Origin: Fidelibacterota bacterium
Lineage (GTDB): Bacteria; Fidelibacterota; Fidelibacteria; Fidelibacterales; DSDE01
Direction: 5' to 3'
Length of the DNA stretch: 64,000 bases
NCBI GenBank assembly: GCA_046735395.1
Contig: JBJKQR010000018.1
Span: 118,390-182,389 of the forward strand
Position 1 is the stretch's first letter; every line of letters begins with the position of its first letter. A program made the position numbers and the translations under genes. Shown here one piece after another: positions 58,559 to 64,000 of the stretch. The notes below the pieces were generated by a model. It was not told the origin of the DNA. It searched no databases and was given only the letters and a program-made list of their open reading frames with translations.

Positions 58559-58915
58559 TTATTTCAGCAAAGCCAGAAGAACTCCGGTTGATCCCAGGCT
58601 GAGCCAGGGCGTGATCTGGTGGGTTGTCCTGACAAATGCGGGAACATCGGGGATTATGGCCATCCAGCCTCCGGTCACCATGCTGGCGAGATAAAATGCA
58701 TCCATTGCCACCAGTGCAATGGTTTCGGGTGATTGGACCGGTTCATGCTTAAAATACATTCGGTTTACAAGTATGATATCACCCAGGACTGCAAATTTAT
58801 GGACCGCAAGCGGCAGGGTGGCTGGCGGCAATCCGCCGCTGTGGATCCAGTATCCACTGATAAAGGTCGCTGCCAGCATCGTTCCGAGAAGAACTTGCGA
58901 GGTGTTGAAATTCAT
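58559..58915 (-). CDS. Small hypothetical membrane protein (about 4 TM)
   Basis: ATG 58915 after AAGGA; hydrophobic helices containing HK and HQ; frame remains open upstream to 59143. Confidence 0.55.
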   Translation of the reverse strand: MNFNTSQVLLGTMLAATFISGYWIHSGGLPPATLPLAVHKFAVLGDIILVNRMYFKHEPVQSPETIALVAMDAFYLASMVTGGWMAIIPDVPAFVRTTHQITPWLSLGSTGVLLALLK

Positions 58916-59192
58916 TTGATTTCCTTTCCAGATTTTCCCATTTAATGAAGCTTCAGATGCTTTTGCCAGTGAGACTGACAGCTGAAGCCCGTTTTGATAA
59001 ACCGGGTGTGGCATAGGAAGCACGCCCGGAAATCCATGCATTTCGGAGGATGTCATTCGGGATTCGCCGAAGCAATTGATAACCAATACCATACTCATAC
59101 TTATGAAAAGATGAAGCCTCTTGATGTGTTTTTTTAATTTCATCCTGATTTATCCTGTTTTTAGGACGCGGCAAGGTGACAGTTACGATAAA

Positions 59193-60056
59193 CTATGTAT
59201 TTGAATAATTAACCTTTGCCAGCCGTTTTTGTTCAATCCACTCAGCCAGACGCGTTTCCGGTTTTCCCAGAAGCTCGCCGGCTTCCCTTCCGTCACCCTG
59301 CTCACCGGCGACTTTAAAATATGACATCAGCCCGGCAGCAAATTTTAACCCGGGGTTTTTTGTCAGTCCGGCAATAATTCTGGCCAGAGGAATGGGAAGA
59401 ACCGATACCTTTGAAATTTCCGGGTGGACTTTTTCCACATACATCTGAAGTGCCTGTTTAATTGTATAAGTTTCCGGACCGTGAATGAAAAGACGTTTTG
59501 AAAGCGTATTTTTTTTCACGTATGCGGCAGCCACCATTCTGCCGAAATCATCCGCTGCAAACCAGTGGTAAGCGGTCGGCAGGTTCCCGATGGCTGATGC
59601 TCTGCCGTCTCTTACAAATTGTCCCAGTTGCTCCATGGGCCAGGTCGGGCAAAAAATTGTGTAAGGCAACCCTTTTTCTTCAATTAATTTTTCTGCCAAA
59701 AACTTCTGCTGGATCATCGGAAACCAGGCGTGTTCCATGGAAACTGTAGCTCCGGACACATAGGTCAGCAGCCGAATTTTTTCAGGGTTAATCATTTCCA
59801 GAACATTCTTCACACTTTGCAGGTCTTCTGATCCCCCGACTGAAATGTGAATGCCTGTACAATCCCTTAGCGTATCCGTAAGATGTTTCAAATCTCTTAC
59901 GTCCCCGGAGATAATCTCCACTGCATCCGGAAACAAGGATTTCGCCTTTTCCGGATTCCGGGTCAGGACCCGTACGCTCATTCCATTTTTGACCATGTGG
60001 TCTGCCACTGGCCGTCCCAGCATGCCCGTTCCGCCTAGAATTAATATTTTTTCCAT
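59193..60056 (-). CDS. NmrA/atypical SDR NAD(P)-binding protein
   Basis: ILILGGTGMLG, VLTRNP; ATG 60056 after AGGAG. Confidence 0.88.
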   Translation of the reverse strand: MEKILILGGTGMLGRPVADHMVKNGMSVRVLTRNPEKAKSLFPDAVEIISGDVRDLKHLTDTLRDCTGIHISVGGSEDLQSVKNVLEMINPEKIRLLTYVSGATVSMEHAWFPMIQQKFLAEKLIEEKGLPYTIFCPTWPMEQLGQFVRDGRASAIGNLPTAYHWFAADDFGRMVAAAYVKKNTLSKRLFIHGPETYTIKQALQMYVEKVHPEISKVSVLPIPLARIIAGLTKNPGLKFAAGLMSYFKVAGEQGDGREAGELLGKPETRLAEWIEQKRLAKVNYSNT

Positions 60057-60098
60057 CCATATTCTCCTTTCTTTATAAAACTTAATGAAGTATATTGT

Positions 60099-60129
60099 TG
60101 TATGCAATACATTTTTATACGACGTATAA
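60099..60129. promoter_or_regulatory. Palindromic operator candidates between the divergent SDR and TetR genes
   Basis: TTATACG-A-CGTATAA (60115-60129) and TGTAT-GCA-ATACA (60099-60111). Confidence 0.6.
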
Positions 60130-60169
60130 TATTACACCATGAACATTAACTGATAAATTAAGGAACGCA

Positions 60170-60793
60170 ATGGCAGACAGGAGTAAAACAGATTTAAGCA
60201 GGATGGAGCGAAAGAAGCAGAAAATGAAGGAAAACATCATTTCCGCATCCATGAAGCTTTTCAGCCGTTCCGGATTTGAAGGGACGAGCATGGAAGCGAT
60301 AGCTGAAGAAGCGGATATTGCCAAGGGTACGCTGTACAATTATTTCCCTTCCAAGGAAGCGATTGTTGCGGAAGAAATCAGGATGACGCTGGCAACGGAA
60401 TATTCGGCCTGGGTGGAAAAACTGGAAACGTTGAGTGATACGCGGGAGCGCATGATCTTCGTTCTGGAGCAGCTGCTTTACCGCATCCGGAAAAACATGG
60501 AAATTTTTAAAATCTATCTGGCCTACAGAATGCAGAAAATGGCAATGCTTGACTGGGACTGGGATGAAAGTGTGAAGAGCGGAGTCTATCTTCTGGGTCA
60601 TAAGATCATGGAATTGGGCACGAAATCACAGGAATTACGCTCGGATTTACCCCAAAAGTCGTTGGAGGAATTATTCGAATTCATATTTTTGGGAGTTATA
60701 CGGCAGTTATATCATGATCCTGAACATTTTGATCAGGCCGCTGAAATTAATATGGCAATTGATTTGTTTCTGACAGGTGCGCAAAAACATTAA
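60170..60793 (+). CDS. TetR/AcrR family regulator
   Basis: LFSRSGFEGTSMEAIAEEADIAKGTLYNYFPSKE. Confidence 0.94.
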   Translation: MADRSKTDLSRMERKKQKMKENIISASMKLFSRSGFEGTSMEAIAEEADIAKGTLYNYFPSKEAIVAEEIRMTLATEYSAWVEKLETLSDTRERMIFVLEQLLYRIRKNMEIFKIYLAYRMQKMAMLDWDWDESVKSGVYLLGHKIMELGTKSQELRSDLPQKSLEELFEFIFLGVIRQLYHDPEHFDQAAEINMAIDLFLTGAQKH

Positions 60794-60875
60794 CCCTTCA
60801 TGGAGACACCTCCTGTGGATTTGAGCTTTTTTACAAATCAAGTACTGCAAAAAATATTTAAATGTGTGGGTTCAG

Positions 60876-61679
60876 ATGAAAAAACACAGAAGCTTTGAAT
60901 CCCGTCCACTGACTTTTAACCGGCAGATGTTGAGAGCATCGGTATCAGTCACACGGGAAAAAAACACAATTCATGGAATTACAGAGGTTGATATTACCGA
61001 ACCCCGGAAGTTAATAAGGGAATATTTTGAATTGACAGGTGAAAAACTGTCATTTACGGCGTACATCGTAGCCTGCCTGGCACGGGTTATGAAAAATTTC
61101 CCTGAATTTAATTCTTTTATAAAAGGGAAGCGGTTGATCCTGATGAAGGATCTGACAATCAACGTCCTGGTGGAGCGAAACATCGGCGGGGAAAAAATGC
61201 CCGAACCCGTGGGTATACAAAAGACCCAGGAAAAAACGTATTACCAGATATCCGAAGAGATCAGAGAGGCGGCCCGGCAGCGAAGTGACAATCTGGGCTC
61301 GGGTTCAATCATGGCCTGGCTCCGATTCATCCCGGGGTTTCTCCTGAAAACCCTTGTAAGGCTGGGCGATCGGAATATCCGTCTGGCCCAAAAATATGGG
61401 AAGGTTGCAGTTACGGCAGTGGGAATGTTCTCAAAGGATCCTGTTTGGCTCATACCGCATGGAAGTGCTACCGTTCTTCTCGCTGTCGGCAGTATCAATA
61501 ATAAAGTTGTTAAAATAAATGAAAATTTTGAATCACGTGAACATCTCTGCCTGACACTTTCCTTTGATCATGATATCATCGATGGCGCGCCCGCAGCGAG
61601 ATTTGTCCAGAATCTGCTGGATATGATAAAGAGCGGATCGGAGGCCAGAAAACTTCTTTCTGAAAAACCGGATAAGTGA
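60876..61679 (+). CDS. Stand-alone 2-oxoacid dehydrogenase E2-like acyltransferase catalytic domain
   Basis: EVDIT, LSFT, LTLSFDHDIIDGAPAARF; no lipoyl or E3-binding domain. Confidence 0.85.
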   Translation: MKKHRSFESRPLTFNRQMLRASVSVTREKNTIHGITEVDITEPRKLIREYFELTGEKLSFTAYIVACLARVMKNFPEFNSFIKGKRLILMKDLTINVLVERNIGGEKMPEPVGIQKTQEKTYYQISEEIREAARQRSDNLGSGSIMAWLRFIPGFLLKTLVRLGDRNIRLAQKYGKVAVTAVGMFSKDPVWLIPHGSATVLLAVGSINNKVVKINENFESREHLCLTLSFDHDIIDGAPAARFVQNLLDMIKSGSEARKLLSEKPDK

Positions 61680-62026
61680 GGGGCAGCGGCCTGCTTCAAA
61701 CCGTATGGAGATGGATACATGACCCTCTCTCTCGACAATAGAACATGCTTTTCAGGATTTTGATTTCTACAGGTAACTGCTCGTGGGACTGTGTCATTTG
61801 ATGGGACCTGCTCTCTATTTCGGTTTTTTTAAACGATTTGTTTATTTTAATGGGATCCCGGAAAAGTCCGTTAAAAGAAAAAGCCCTGACTCGTATCGGG
61901 GTATAGCTCTCCCGAGAGGTGCACAAACTTGGGATTTGATGCCGGAAGTACGATGAATGTCGCCGGGAACCTGGGGATTTCAAGACGGTGGATTTTGTAA
62001 ATTCTGAATAAAATGAAACGGTTTAT

Positions 62027-62206
62027 CTAAAAATCATAATGGAATCGGCAGGAATAAATGATCAGTGAATTTTCATTGATTGTATATACAATGCGATGTT
62101 CATGATCAATTCTGCGGGACCAGGGTCCCCGAAGATCAAATTTCGGCGCTTCCGGTTTGCCGGGGCCTTCATAAGGCGTTCCGGCAATATCCTTTAAAAG
62201 GGTATT
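62027..62206 (-). pseudogene. yoeB: 5'-truncated Txe/YoeB toxin
   Basis: NTLLKDI..TPYEGPGKPE...WSRRIDHEHRIVY...CRFHY; N-terminus replaced by the IS end. Confidence 0.85.
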
Positions 62207-63700
62207 TAGTCGTTCCTTATAAAGTACTCGCATGTATCAGAGTATTTTCGAGAGAGAACCCAAGTCTTCTCAAAAATATCAACTTTAGGATGTATTTCGG
62301 ACTTCCAAAAAGATGAGACAAAAATTTCCCTATTTCCCGCATCCATTTTCTCATATTGAAGGCTGCTCCAGCCAATAATGCGTTCATTGTATCACCAATT
62401 ACCCCTTTGAGATAACTCTTCAACATTCCAAAATCATGTTTCAGATGCCCGATCACCGGCTCGATACCCGCTCGAGCTCGGAACCGCTTCCGCTCCTTCT
62501 GCTTCTGATAGGCCGTATCCGTGGATTTCCCCGAACCTGGACGCAGGATTTTCGTGCTTCCTACGTGGGATTTTCCTCGATACCCACGATCTACGATTGC
62601 CGCTTGGGGACGAGTCCCCGTTAACTTTTCTGTCTGATCAAGAACGGCATCCAGACTATGGCCGTCGTATTGTTTTCCAATATTAAGCACTCCGAGGATC
62701 AGCCCATGCTTCATTCCACGAACAATACTGATCTTCGTCCCATATTCATACTTCTTGTGCTCCTTGCCCTTACTGATACAATGAACCTGAGGTTCATGCA
62801 AACTGTAAATCTTCTCTTTATCTGATCGTGCCTGCCCTAGCAGTGTGTAAGCCAAAGTCAGGAAGTCTGCCTGAGCTTCCGTAATGTCACCTCCCAATTT
62901 GCGGTCCAGATCCCGGATGAGGGCCCCCGTCATGGTTTTCAGCCGTTTTTGGGCTTTCTTTGCCTTCTTCCGGTTCTTCGGATGGGTACTGAACTGCAGT
63001 TTCTTCAAGAGTTTCTTTTCCTCTCGAACATAACTTTGACGAAGGGAGAGGTCACAAGAGGCCGCGATGGCTCGCCCTTTCTTTAATAGTTTCCGATACT
63101 GTTTTACATCCGTCGGATACGTGATATTCTTCTCCTGAACGGTGCTGTCGACCAGCACTTCCTTCTCACACTTTGCGGGGTCGTCAAACAACTCAATGGA
63201 CCCTTTTAAAATAATTTCTGCGCCTTCTGCTCCAATCCGGTTCCTAAAATGGCTCAGATCACTGGAGACACAGGGCGCTTTCCATTGAAAGGTATTCATC
63301 CCACTAAAATATTGCCAATACGGATTTTGTCGCCAGTGATCCACGAGCTCATCATCACTCACTCCAAACATCTGCTTTAACAGGAGTAGGCTCACCATCA
63401 GACGAATAGGTTTAGCAGGTCTGCCAAAATTGATGTAGTAGGGACTCAATTGGGAGTCGTACCAGGACCAATCAATTTTATGAGCCAATTTGACGAGAGT
63501 ATCTTTGGGATCGATCAAATGATCCAAGGTAACTTCAAACAGGTGTTCCTGAGATTGGGAGGATTGATGACCTTTCATGTTATCCCTTCGTATTGCCGTG
63601 TTTTTAATGAATTTAAAACATTTCCGGATAAAATACAAGAGACATTACATGGATATATCTAATATTATCAATATGTTATATACATATTAAGGGACGACTA
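62207..63700 (-). mobile_element. IS5-family insertion sequence
   Basis: Terminal inverted repeats TAGTCGTTCCTTA (62207-62219) and TAAGGGACGACTA (63688-63700), 12/13 match, enclosing one transposase; exact ends uncertain by a few bases. Confidence 0.88.
62217..63578 (-). CDS. IS5-family DDE transposase
   Basis: GRPAKPIRLM, NPYWQYFSG, VDSTVQEKNITYPTD, KIYSLHEP, VDRGYRG, RAGIEPVIGHLK; ATG 63578. Confidence 0.95.
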   Translation of the reverse strand: MKGHQSSQSQEHLFEVTLDHLIDPKDTLVKLAHKIDWSWYDSQLSPYYINFGRPAKPIRLMVSLLLLKQMFGVSDDELVDHWRQNPYWQYFSGMNTFQWKAPCVSSDLSHFRNRIGAEGAEIILKGSIELFDDPAKCEKEVLVDSTVQEKNITYPTDVKQYRKLLKKGRAIAASCDLSLRQSYVREEKKLLKKLQFSTHPKNRKKAKKAQKRLKTMTGALIRDLDRKLGGDITEAQADFLTLAYTLLGQARSDKEKIYSLHEPQVHCISKGKEHKKYEYGTKISIVRGMKHGLILGVLNIGKQYDGHSLDAVLDQTEKLTGTRPQAAIVDRGYRGKSHVGSTKILRPGSGKSTDTAYQKQKERKRFRARAGIEPVIGHLKHDFGMLKSYLKGVIGDTMNALLAGAAFNMRKWMREIGKFLSHLFGSPKYILKLIFLRRLGFSLENTLIHASTL

Positions 63701-64000
63701 AATAGTGTTTTGTGGTTTAGGCGTTCCGGCCTCAGAGCTTTTCAGAGTGAGCCCCTGCTGATGCGATGCCATAAATAATCAGGAAAAAACGCCGAAACGC
63801 ATCATACCAGGTCCTTTTCGGTATTTATTTACTAAATTAGATGAAAAGACAGGCCGCTTCATCAGCTAACTGCGAGGATTGAATGGGCCAGAAGCCAGGG
63901 ACCATACTGTCGATCGGGGAAAAAATGATTCTGGAGGGTTTTTCCCGGATGCTGACGCAACAGCTTCAGGTGGATCTCATTTATTCCTGTAATTCGGGGT

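Noticed and set aside
58916..59143. Signal-peptide-like upstream extension of the small membrane protein
   Set aside because: The internal ATG at 58915 has a clear RBS and the extension has no recognisable features; left unresolved
61696..62026. 95-aa ORF or structured RNA between the E2-like gene and yoeB
   Set aside because: No protein motif, only a weak mismatched hairpin, and no recognisable RNA family
46900..62200. Integron cassette array
   Set aside because: Genes lie on both strands with their own regulators, and I found no convincing attC sites or integrase

Overview
Bacterial chromosomal window. The gene repertoire (YPNPFN-type C-terminal domains, Omp85 barrels, a CAYFNTFYNA TPR lipoprotein next to rlpA, a C25 protease) suggests an FCB-superphylum organism such as Ca. 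Marinimicrobia; this is inference only. About 1-46.8 kb is mostly core or envelope genes. These include a minus-strand block (two degenerate amidohydrolase-fold genes, cobB, TPR lipoprotein, rlpA, GH15-like lipoprotein, PlpD-like patatin), holB-ricT-metG-tatD-rsmA-trhP, purE-rfbD-GT2-GT2-accA-Omp85-C25 protease-yciH-Nif3, an RND pump, patB and aroF. About 46.9-64 kb looks accessory: a 12-gene ArsR-led arsenic/metal/thiol-redox cluster, three toxin-antitoxin modules (intact, frameshifted, IS-truncated), two divergent TetR units and an IS5-family element. The best non-coding signals are (i) a complete-looking ribosome-dependent attenuator upstream of aroF (YWRWY leader peptide, antiterminator, terminator), (ii) a nested CACG-based repeat array at 38.8-39.3 kb, (iii) two GU-rich hairpins in the RND operon leader, and (iv) a near-consensus arsR promoter/operator implying a leaderless mRNA. 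I recognised no rRNA, tRNA or CRISPR array. All functional calls come from motif recognition by eye; no database searches were run.
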